Assembly (NCBI GenBank): GCA_024275415.1
Contig: JAJRZD010000112.1
Coordinates: forward strand, 1-32,000
DNA: 32,000 nt
Origin: an archaeon
GTDB taxonomy: Archaea > Asgardarchaeota > Thorarchaeia > Thorarchaeales > Thorarchaeaceae
Direction of reading: 5' to 3'
Shown: in pieces, positions 6,979 to 15,679 of the stretch
Layout of the letters: each line of letters opens with the position of its first letter
Numbering within the stretch: position 1 is the stretch's first letter
Made by a program: the position numbers and the translations under genes
The notes under the pieces: generated by a model
The model's database searches: none
Seen by the model: only the letters and a program-made list of their open reading frames with translations
Told to the model about the DNA's origin: nothing

Positions 6979-8756
6979 CACGCACCACCCCCTGGAGTTG
7001 CGACTGGGACACACAGATATGCTTCTACCATTGCCATGATCTGCTCATTCGTTGAATGCAACATGATTATCGCGTTGCTTGGGCATGCCGCTGCACAGGT
7101 ACCGCATCCATGGCATTTGGCCTCGGTCACGTACGCAATATGGGGGTCTCGTGACATGTCCCAGCTTATCGCTCCGTAAGGACATGCTGTGATACAGGTG
7201 GCACAGGATGAGCACAGGTCTGGGATGACACGCGACACTGTTGATTCAATCTCGACTGCACCTTTTGCCATCAGTCCCACTGCTTTGGCTGCAGCCCCGC
7301 TCGCATCGATAACTGATTCCGAAGCGTTCTTGGCAGCCTGTGCAGCACCCGCAATCATGATTCCCGCGGTGTGCGTTGTGACAGGGTTCAGCTTCACATG
7401 TTCGGGATTGAAGAAGCCATCCGAGCTTCTCGTGAGGCTAAAGGTATGGCTCACTTCCTCTATCCCTTCTGGAGGCACCATTGCCGTGGCAAGAACGATG
7501 ATGTCTGGGTTGAATTCCATATCTGTGTCTGCGAGGACATCTTTCCAACGCATGGTGATCTTACCATCATTCACCTCTACTTCAGGTTTGGCGTCCGGAG
7601 GATACTTTGTGTAGATGACATGCTTCTGCCGAGCAACTCTCTGAAAGTCCTCGTGCTCCTTGCCGTAGGTCCGGATGTCCTGATAGAGAATGACTACCTC
7701 ATCAAGTCGATCCGCCATGATGCCCGCTGTCTTTGCCAGTGCTGAACAGCAATACCGCGAGCAATGCTCGTGTCCTTTCCAGCCCGGCTCGCGAGAGCCG
7801 ACGCATCCGATAAAGGCGACCTTCCTGACTGGCTTCCCGTCACTCGGTCTGATGAACTGCTGCTCATCAGGTCTTCCTTGCAGGTCTCCCAGAGTCATGA
7901 TATCTAATGATTTGTCATAATTATAGAGACCCACTGGGACGTATGGTTGGAATCCTGTAGCCACTATCACGGCTCCGACCTCATACTTCTTGTGTTTCTT
8001 CAAGCCTTCTACTGAAACCTCCACCTCGAAATTGCCTATGTACCCTTCGAAGTTCACAATGACTGCGCCGGTTCGAATCTCTATGTTCTTGTGCTTTCGA
8101 ACACGATGAATCATGGGTTCCAATACCTCATGACCTGGCTTGTCACCAGGAAACATATGGGCCCACTTCCGGACATTGCCGCCAAGCTCCCTTTCTCGCT
8201 CGATGAGCACTACCTCAAACCCTCTGTCTGCGATATCAAGGGCCGCCCTGAGCCCTGCAATCCCTCCACCCACGACAAGTGTGCGAGGAGTGATCTCAAC
8301 CTTTTTGATTGGCAATGGCTCAAGATTTGCAGCCCGTGCCACCGCCATCCGAACTAGGTCATTGGCTTTGGCTGTAGCAGCTTCAGGTTCTCTCATATGA
8401 CACCAAGAAACGTGCTCGCGTAGATTCACCTGCTCGAATAGATAACGGTTTAATCCGGCTTCTTCAACCACTCTCCGGAATGTAGGTTCGTGCATCCGCG
8501 GTGAGCAGCTGGCTACGATAACTCTGTTGAGGTTATGTTCATGTATCATGGTTCTGATGGTTTCCTGACCTGCATCACTACAGGTGAACATCTCATGAGT
8601 TGTAAATACAACATTTGGTAGAGTGGCTGCTGTTTTTGCCACATCCTCGACATCCACAACTCCTGCAATGTTATGGCCACAATGGCACACGAACACACCA
8701 ATCCGTAGCTCTTCCTTTGATTCCATGGCGTTCATTCCTACACTGTCTTCTGTCAT
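6978..8756 (-). CDS. hdrA: Heterodisulfide reductase subunit A paralog (HdrA'): has N-terminal and C-terminal ferredoxin domains, lacks the central ferredoxin insert
   Basis: IGVFVCHCG, SCSPRMHEPTF, NLREHVSW, VVGGGIAG FAD motif, GCVGSR...CSRYCC, C-terminal CSSCATCITACP/CHGCGTCAAACP. Start ATG 8756 overlaps the hdrB stop. Confidence 0.92.
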   Translation of the reverse strand: MTEDSVGMNAMESKEELRIGVFVCHCGHNIAGVVDVEDVAKTAATLPNVVFTTHEMFTCSDAGQETIRTMIHEHNLNRVIVASCSPRMHEPTFRRVVEEAGLNRYLFEQVNLREHVSWCHMREPEAATAKANDLVRMAVARAANLEPLPIKKVEITPRTLVVGGGIAGLRAALDIADRGFEVVLIERERELGGNVRKWAHMFPGDKPGHEVLEPMIHRVRKHKNIEIRTGAVIVNFEGYIGNFEVEVSVEGLKKHKKYEVGAVIVATGFQPYVPVGLYNYDKSLDIMTLGDLQGRPDEQQFIRPSDGKPVRKVAFIGCVGSREPGWKGHEHCSRYCCSALAKTAGIMADRLDEVVILYQDIRTYGKEHEDFQRVARQKHVIYTKYPPDAKPEVEVNDGKITMRWKDVLADTDMEFNPDIIVLATAMVPPEGIEEVSHTFSLTRSSDGFFNPEHVKLNPVTTHTAGIMIAGAAQAAKNASESVIDASGAAAKAVGLMAKGAVEIESTVSRVIPDLCSSCATCITACPYGAISWDMSRDPHIAYVTEAKCHGCGTCAAACPSNAIIMLHSTNEQIMAMVEAYLCVPVATPGGGA

Positions 8757-9628
8757 TGGCTCACCCCACAACAGTCAATTACCGAATGAGGGTCAATCTT
8801 GTTCAGCTCGACACCCAACATGTCCTCGTCCAAGCCCAATGCTGGCCCTAGAAACTGGGTGATGGGTAGCACTGGTATCTTCTGTCGATCACTGGTTCCC
8901 CCTCCGAACTGTACCTGGGTCAGCTGGATATCACAGAACACACAAGCTGTCACAATCCCGTCTGCTCCAGCTTTGGTAACGTTATCGATCTTGTCCAGTC
9001 CAATGGTCGTAGCGACATCCTCATCCATTGCGAGCATCGGACCCCCACAGCAACGTGTCTTTCCAGGATAGTCCACTGCTTGTCCGCCCACAGCTTCAAC
9101 CAGTCTATCCAGGATAGTGGGGTTCTCGGGGTCGTCAACATGGACTATCTCGTAGGGACGTGTCACATGGCATCCATAGTGCGCCGCCATTTTGATGCCA
9201 TTATAGGGCTTGACAACAGCCCGTTCTATCTTGTCGAATCCAATATCCTCTGCCAAGACCTGTAAGAGGTGACGCACACGGACTTTACCACTGTACTTCA
9301 AACCCTCTTCTGCAAGTAAGGAATTCACCTCATCTCTAGCACGGATATCATGGTCAAGAAAGTGCTTGTTCGTCTTGAGAGACCCTGAACATGCACCACA
9401 AATTGCAAGGATGTCCTTTTCCTCGCGCTCAGCCAGTGCCAGTATTCTTCCACTCATAGACGCAAAAGCCATCCTGTCCATGGATTCGACGTATTGAGCG
9501 CCACAACAATTTGTATCTTTCAGCTCGATGACATTTACTCCGAGCTTCTCAAGGACCGCGATAGTGGCAGCCTCGTATGCTGGAAGTCTGACTGGGGTGG
9601 TACAGCCTCTATAGAGCAGCATATCCAT
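8753..9628 (-). CDS. hdrB: Heterodisulfide reductase subunit B
   Basis: Two CCG domains (YRGC...CCG...CGAC; HYGCH...CCGG...CVFC). Confidence 0.93.
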   Translation of the reverse strand: MDMLLYRGCTTPVRLPAYEAATIAVLEKLGVNVIELKDTNCCGAQYVESMDRMAFASMSGRILALAEREEKDILAICGACSGSLKTNKHFLDHDIRARDEVNSLLAEEGLKYSGKVRVRHLLQVLAEDIGFDKIERAVVKPYNGIKMAAHYGCHVTRPYEIVHVDDPENPTILDRLVEAVGGQAVDYPGKTRCCGGPMLAMDEDVATTIGLDKIDNVTKAGADGIVTACVFCDIQLTQVQFGGGTSDRQKIPVLPITQFLGPALGLDEDMLGVELNKIDPHSVIDCCGVSQ

Positions 9629-10179
9629 TAGCTCCCACTCTCCTCAGCAGCTTTCTTTCGTTCGAAATACCTTTTTCTCAACTTTCCAACGAACTCGTTG
9701 TTCATGTGTAGCTCAGGGTTCAGTCCAAGGTCCTCGCGTTCGTCCTCTTGAAAATCAGTGTATGCATCTTTCAGCATCCAACCATCCTCCAACACAGTCT
9801 TCACAGCCTCTTTGAAGACCCGCGGGACATGTCCTTCTCGTGCTGCAATCGTTCGAACAGCAAGGAATATCTCGGCAGGCGACACTCCCTCTTGGCAGCG
9901 TTCCTCACACATCCTGCAATTAAGACAGAGCCACGATTGGTCGCTCGAAAGAACTTCCTCTCGAAGTCCAAGGATGATTTTTTGGATCATTCGTCTTGGC
10001 CTGTATAGATCGGTCGCATTGGCCACAACACAGCTAGCAGTACATATGCCACATTGGATACACTTGTTGATGGCTTCACCGCCTTCTACCTTCTCAACCT
10101 CTTTGGCAAAAGCTGAGGTTGGAACATGAATAGATTTCTCTTGACCTTTTGTTGTACAAGTATGCATTATATTCGTCAC
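9628..10179 (-). CDS. hdrC: Heterodisulfide reductase subunit C
   Basis: CIQCGICTASC and WLCLNCRMCEERC 2x[4Fe-4S] motifs; GTG start overlaps the upstream stop. Confidence 0.92.
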   Translation of the reverse strand: MTNIMHTCTTKGQEKSIHVPTSAFAKEVEKVEGGEAINKCIQCGICTASCVVANATDLYRPRRMIQKIILGLREEVLSSDQSWLCLNCRMCEERCQEGVSPAEIFLAVRTIAAREGHVPRVFKEAVKTVLEDGWMLKDAYTDFQEDEREDLGLNPELHMNNEFVGKLRKRYFERKKAAEESGS

Positions 10180-12986
10180 CTCGATTTGGTTGTTTCAAGC
10201 TCAGCCTCTGGAGCCAGACTTTCTATAGTATGTTCGGAATCCTGGCCTGCAATCATTCCCCCCAGTACAATTGATGCTCTCATGGCGGCCGCACTTCCCG
10301 CAGTCACTGAATCGGGTATGTCCTTCGGCCCATCAGCACAACCACAGACGAAGATACCCATCTTGCTGGTATCGACAGGAGAAGTGAGCTCGTTCCGTAC
10401 ATCGATGTAGCCTTCATCTGAGAGGGCGATTCCAAGCTCCTCTGCTAGTATATTGACATCATCTGCAGGAAGCAGACCTGGGCTTATCACCAAAAGGTCA
10501 TGCTCAACCTTCTCAACGGAGCCAGTTTCTGTGTTCTCTACTTGGATCATGAGGTTGTCATTCTCAGGGTTCTCGTCTACTTCACCAACACGCCCTCGGA
10601 CAAAGTTGACGCCAAATCGGGTCTTTGACATCTCGAAGAACTCCTCGAACCCTTTGCCAAACGCTCGAATATCCGCATAGTATATAGAAACCTTCGCCTC
10701 TGGGTCATGTTCTCTAGCCATCACAGCATTCTTGATGCCATACATACAACAGACCCTGCTACAATGGGGAACATTCTTCTGAGTATCTCGCGCTCCGACG
10801 CATTGCACGAACCCGATGTTCTTCGGCATTTTTCCGTCGCTCAGGCGTATCAGATGACCTTGAGTAGGACCCGCTGCATTGATGAGTCGCTCGAATTCCA
10901 TGGCTGTTATGACATTCTTGAACTTACCATATCCAAGCCGTTTGTATTTGCTGACCTCAAAGAGCTTGTATCCAGTGGCAACTACAATGGCTCCCACGTT
11001 CAGGCTCAACCGTTCCTCCTTCATCGAGTGATCGATGGCATCTCTATCACATGCTTCCACACAGTTCATGCACTCACAACATATCGTGCAGTTCAGACAG
11101 CGCCCTGATTCATCGAGGGCAGTATCTTCATCAAATCCAAGCTCGACCTCTGAGAAATCGCCTTTACGACTTGCGATGCTCTGATGGGGCATCTCAGCTC
11201 TGGCTTGTGGTATGAATGTCGATTGGTCTATCTTTGGTCTTGCAATCCTGTAGACCTCAGGGTCTCGCCCTGCTCGAATATCCAGTCCGTTAAGGTATCT
11301 ATCGATAGATATTGCAGCCTCCTCACCCTGCCCAACAGCCTGCACTACTGTGGCTGGGCCAAGAACACAGTCACCACCAGCGAAGACTCCCTCATTACTC
11401 GTTTGCAATGTGACTTGATCTGTGATAATGGTACCCCACTCGGTAGTATCCAAATCGTTGTGGAGTGGAATTGGTTCTACAGACTGACCAACTGCGATAA
11501 TCATAGTGTCTGCAACGACAGTGAACTCCGAATCAGGTATTGGGATAGGTCTCCTTCGCCCTGAGTGGTCAGGTTCACCCAGACGCATTCGGATGCACTT
11601 GACACCTTGCACAGTACCTTTCTGGGTCAGAACCTCTACTGGATTCGTGAGGAACATGAAGCGGATCCCCTCCTGACGGGCCATCTCTACCTCTGATGGG
11701 ATGGCTGGGAGTTCGACCTGTGAGCGCCGGTATATCATTGTGACTTCGGACGCACCCAGACGAAGAGCTGTCCTACACGAATCCACGGCTGCATCGCCAC
11801 CCCCGATGACCACTACGCGTTCACCTAATTCTACAGGCTTGTGAGACGCGACTCTATCGAGAAAATCAATTGCATGGTATACACCTTTCGAGTCTTCACC
11901 TGCAATCATCAGTTTGTTACTGTGACTGGCGCCTGTAGCTATGAAGACTGCCTTGAATCCTTCATCTTTGAGCTCATCGATTGATTGTATCTCTCTGTCA
12001 CAGACGAACTCGACGCCGTGCTTTGCGACCCATTGGATCTCTTCCTGAAGGATGTCCCTTGGCAGTCGGTATTCAGGTATCGCATATTTCAGCAGTCCTC
12101 CCTCTTCTGATCTCTTCTCAAAAACAGTCACAGGATACCCTTTACGGGCAAGATGATATGCACATGAGATTCCTGCTGGTCCGGCACCCACAACGGCAAC
12201 CCGTTCACTCCTCTTGATTTGAGGTTCCACCGTGACCTGTGTGTTGTGTTCTCTCTCGTAGTCTGAGAGGAAACGGTGGAGATTCCTGATGCTAACGCTC
12301 TCGTCATACTCTCCTCGTTGACACTGCCCTTCACACCAGCTTACACAGACCCTTCCGAGAGTGCCCGGGAATGGTATTGCATCCCGCACAATTCTGATGG
12401 CTTCTGCATATTTCTTTTGATTCATCAAAGTGACGAATGCCTGAGCATTCACGCCTGCTGGACAATTAATCCTGCAGGCTGGGTGGTCTCGTTTATCAAT
12501 CGTGTACACATTAGGTGTAGCCTGTGGGAACGGTAAATAGGTCGCTTTCCTGAAGCCCAATCCCTCATCAAATTCATTTGCAACCTCGATAGGGCAGACC
12601 TCAGAGCAGTCGCCACATCCCGAGCATTTGTCTTCCAGAATGTATCGAGGTTTCCTGATGACTTCCACATGAAAATTGCCAGCTTTGCCAGTCACTCGCT
12701 TGACTTCAGAATACGTCAGAAGCTCGATATTTGGATGTCGTGCAACCTCACTCAATCGTGGCGTCAGTATGCATGCTGAACAATCAAGGGTAGGGAAGGT
12801 CTTGTCTATTGCTGCCATATGTCCGCCAATGCTAGGCGTCTTCTCGACAAGATGGACTTTGAAACCTTGGTTTGCGATGTCCAATGCGGCTTGCATTCCA
12901 GCAACACCACCACCTATCACGAGTGCACTGGGTTCCTGGGTGTCCTTATTTGCAGGATTTGTTTGCGTAGGATGATCAACAGTCAT
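10176..12986 (-). CDS. hdrA: Large HdrA-like protein (HdrL type): HdrA FAD core with an inserted GltD/NfnB-like NAD(P)H:flavin oxidoreductase
   Basis: VIGGGVAG, DKTFPTLDCSACIL, CSGCGDCSEVCP; then PACRINCP...GRVC (GltD Fe-S), VGAGPAG, IGGGDAAVD, IYRRS; returns to HdrA at CCECMNCVEAC, TAMEFER, QCVGAR...CSRVCCMYGIK. AAGGAG RBS. Confidence 0.93.
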   Translation of the reverse strand: MTVDHPTQTNPANKDTQEPSALVIGGGVAGMQAALDIANQGFKVHLVEKTPSIGGHMAAIDKTFPTLDCSACILTPRLSEVARHPNIELLTYSEVKRVTGKAGNFHVEVIRKPRYILEDKCSGCGDCSEVCPIEVANEFDEGLGFRKATYLPFPQATPNVYTIDKRDHPACRINCPAGVNAQAFVTLMNQKKYAEAIRIVRDAIPFPGTLGRVCVSWCEGQCQRGEYDESVSIRNLHRFLSDYEREHNTQVTVEPQIKRSERVAVVGAGPAGISCAYHLARKGYPVTVFEKRSEEGGLLKYAIPEYRLPRDILQEEIQWVAKHGVEFVCDREIQSIDELKDEGFKAVFIATGASHSNKLMIAGEDSKGVYHAIDFLDRVASHKPVELGERVVVIGGGDAAVDSCRTALRLGASEVTMIYRRSQVELPAIPSEVEMARQEGIRFMFLTNPVEVLTQKGTVQGVKCIRMRLGEPDHSGRRRPIPIPDSEFTVVADTMIIAVGQSVEPIPLHNDLDTTEWGTIITDQVTLQTSNEGVFAGGDCVLGPATVVQAVGQGEEAAISIDRYLNGLDIRAGRDPEVYRIARPKIDQSTFIPQARAEMPHQSIASRKGDFSEVELGFDEDTALDESGRCLNCTICCECMNCVEACDRDAIDHSMKEERLSLNVGAIVVATGYKLFEVSKYKRLGYGKFKNVITAMEFERLINAAGPTQGHLIRLSDGKMPKNIGFVQCVGARDTQKNVPHCSRVCCMYGIKNAVMAREHDPEAKVSIYYADIRAFGKGFEEFFEMSKTRFGVNFVRGRVGEVDENPENDNLMIQVENTETGSVEKVEHDLLVISPGLLPADDVNILAEELGIALSDEGYIDVRNELTSPVDTSKMGIFVCGCADGPKDIPDSVTAGSAAAMRASIVLGGMIAGQDSEHTIESLAPEAELETTKSR

Positions 12987-13295
12987 TATTTAAACTCCTT
13001 AATCCAGAAATATTCTCTAACCTAACAAAGCAGTGCAAAGTGTGACTTTCTCTGAGATAGGCCCGAAATGATTCATTGTTCAAATACTCAGACCATCGCA
13101 TAGATGTGCACACTCATTGGTCTTGGATAATCTTTGATCGCCATCAGAGTACAGTCACAGATGTTTGATGTCCATCAGAAGGTTAGTTAACCTGCTATAC
13201 TAATTGGAAAAGAATGAAATAAGTTTGCGCAGTTTGGAAACGTGCAAAGAATAATTGTTTATGTTTTGAAATGAGCTTATTATGATGTTGAAATG

Positions 13296-13318
13296 TCCGA
13301 AATGTGACATATTTCGGA
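13296..13318. repeat. 8-bp inverted repeat TCCGAAAT-N7-ATTTCGGA upstream of the hdr-mvh operon
   Basis: Read directly from the sequence; lies in the 564-bp intergenic region between the pckG stop and the hdrL start. Confidence 0.55.
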
Positions 13319-13550
13319 TGGCCGTGAAACACATGTCTGGAACGTGGTATTCCTGTTTAATGCCTGCCTTGGGGATAAAAGCCATTTCCAAAATGAATGT
13401 TTCTATAGAAGAAACCGAACATGGTGGTGTGTGGCTATATGGAAGACACAAGTGCTCATACTAAGTCACCATTGATGCCACTCTAGACGAGTTAATCTAT
13501 CTCTGAACAAATCTTGAATATCAGGTCGGACAGTTGGTTAGTATCAACTA

Positions 13551-15425
13551 TCATGCCAACACAGAAGGAACAATGCAATCACCAAGTCGATGCTTGATGG
13601 CTTCCAGTTTTGCTCGTTGTTCAGATAGAATCCTGTAGAGCAATTCAGGGGCATCTGGCACCGTTTCACGGTATACTTTCTCGATCCTCTCAATCTTGGC
13701 GAGGTGGTCTGGCACCCTGAGCTTGAACTGCTCCTCATATTCGGCTTCCGAATATTCCTTGTCCAGATGCTTCTCAAACAATGATTTGAGGTCTTCGTAA
13801 TGGGGGATATGTCCTGTTGGTGTTGCGATTGCATCGACCTCGTCATGCACCCTTAGTTCCATCCATTTCAACCAGACACGCTTGTCTGACTTATCAGTTA
13901 TGAAATTACCTTCCTTATCTCTCAGGAAATAGTTCACAGCAAAGATGAGAGGGGGTGAGTCGATATCCACAACGAAATCTAGGTGGTTCTGGATATACCT
14001 GCCCAGTGGGATTGAGATGAAATCTAGATTTGAGAAAGGCTGAAACTTTCTCACACCACTTGGTCCCAATGTTGCTGCGGTGGTTTCTGACTCAAGGCTT
14101 GCACCCATTGTGATGACGCCATGTTCCCAGTTCAATGACTGCTGAACAGGCACCCAGGTATCGCGGTCTCTTCCACCATAAATGATGCCTCCTACCTCCA
14201 CACCGCGGGGGTCATCTAGAGCATCGTCCAAGTTCGAGAGACCGTCCAGACCAATGGTGTATCTTGCGTTTTTGTGAGCATACGGGATGACCTCACCGTT
14301 TCGATCAACCTTTCCTTCAAACCATTCGCCCGAGAAATTGATTCCAGCCTTTGGAGGCGGGAGTCCGTCATCCAACCAGCGAGGCTCAGCATCCTCCGTC
14401 ACAAGTACATTTGAAAAGATAGCGGGCTGTTTTGAATGGAGGACATCCCAGATTATTGGGTCATCCTTTTCAGTCACAGAACGGATGATTCCGAAGATAC
14501 CTCGTTCGACATTCACAGCCCTGACCTTTCCATCTATCTTTCTGAGATATGCAAGATCATCTCCCACGATGGAATTGCCGCGGGTCATTGATGTGCTCGT
14601 CTTTCCACATCCGGATGGGAATGCCCCTGTGAAGTATGTTTTCCGTCCGGTGGGTCCATGTACGGCCATAAGGAACATATGTTCGGCAAGCCACCCCTCT
14701 TTGTCAGCTTTCCGAATCGCAAGGCGAAGTGCAAGCTTCTTCAGTCCGATAGTGTTCCCCGCATATTGAGTGTTCATACTGTAGACGGTATTTGTCTTGT
14801 AGTCAATCATGACACCTCGTTTCTTCCAGTCCGTGCTCACTGAATGGATGAGCTTGCCAGAAGAATGCAGCATCCAGAAGATCTCGTGATCCTCCGGCAT
14901 CCTTCTGAAGTAATCATACCCGCGTCGATAGAGTAGATCCTCACTGTGTGCCACATAGAACGAGTCAGTTATCTGTACGGCGGGAATGGAGAACGGCGAG
15001 TCCAGAGGACCGAGAACGAAGAAGCGAACGACCATCTTCTTATTTTCCATGGTTCCAGACAGTCGATCCCGGGCCAATTGCAGACCGTAGTCGCGGTCTA
15101 TCTGAGATAGATGCTCACCTAAAACTTCACCTTTTGGTACTAAATAGACCGTACGTTCTTTATCTCGTGCCTGATCAAAATAACCATCGAAATGGACTGT
15201 GTGGTATGGGTTGGCAAGTGGTGCTTCCTCTCCCCGTGCTATCGCTGTGCGTCGGATGTACTCGGTGTCCTCTCTCGAATCATTGCATACGAACACCTTC
15301 ATCGGCTTGCAGAGCCTTATTGCATCTGCTACGAACTTATGCACTCGCCTGTTAGGAATCGCAAGCAGTTTCCTAAAATTAGCATCAGTCAATGACTGTT
15401 CGAGAACCGACATTATCTCGTTCAA
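13551..15425 (-). CDS. pckG: Phosphoenolpyruvate carboxykinase (GTP)
   Basis: YAGNTIGLKKLALR, WLAEHM, AFPSGCGKTS, IVGDDLAY, VNVERGIFG, HKNARY, IIYGGRD, FAVNYF. Confidence 0.95.
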   Translation of the reverse strand: MNEIMSVLEQSLTDANFRKLLAIPNRRVHKFVADAIRLCKPMKVFVCNDSREDTEYIRRTAIARGEEAPLANPYHTVHFDGYFDQARDKERTVYLVPKGEVLGEHLSQIDRDYGLQLARDRLSGTMENKKMVVRFFVLGPLDSPFSIPAVQITDSFYVAHSEDLLYRRGYDYFRRMPEDHEIFWMLHSSGKLIHSVSTDWKKRGVMIDYKTNTVYSMNTQYAGNTIGLKKLALRLAIRKADKEGWLAEHMFLMAVHGPTGRKTYFTGAFPSGCGKTSTSMTRGNSIVGDDLAYLRKIDGKVRAVNVERGIFGIIRSVTEKDDPIIWDVLHSKQPAIFSNVLVTEDAEPRWLDDGLPPPKAGINFSGEWFEGKVDRNGEVIPYAHKNARYTIGLDGLSNLDDALDDPRGVEVGGIIYGGRDRDTWVPVQQSLNWEHGVITMGASLESETTAATLGPSGVRKFQPFSNLDFISIPLGRYIQNHLDFVVDIDSPPLIFAVNYFLRDKEGNFITDKSDKRVWLKWMELRVHDEVDAIATPTGHIPHYEDLKSLFEKHLDKEYSEAEYEEQFKLRVPDHLAKIERIEKVYRETVPDAPELLYRILSEQRAKLEAIKHRLGDCIVPSVLA

Positions 15426-15679
15426 TGTTCTATTCCCCTGATTTCACGGAGCACACATGTCCGGTTGATTCATCTCCAACATGACACACACGCCTGCTGC
15501 AACCTGACCCTTAAAACAGTTTTTCCATGAAACACGCAGTTGTTCAATCCCAAAAATAGATTGTCCAATAGGAACACATGTTCATGTCGTCTATGACAAC
15601 ACTCAAATGTTGAGGGCAGCCGATAACGGCTCATGCCTTGAAGGAGAGCAAGGTAGAAGAATGGATGATGGTGAGTCTG

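Noticed and set aside
13282-13464. 60-aa plus-strand ORF beginning MMLKCPKC (zinc-ribbon-like)
   Set aside because: No second CxxC pair, no clear RBS, and it overlaps the probable operon promoter and repeats; cannot be supported.
12987-13550. A hidden (Sec-containing or frameshifted) HdrA N-terminal domain upstream of hdrL
   Set aside because: Hand translation of the proximal minus-strand frames shows no CHCG/SCSP-like motif, and the minus-strand track ORF (13200..13451) lacks one too; hdrL has its own AAGGAG RBS.
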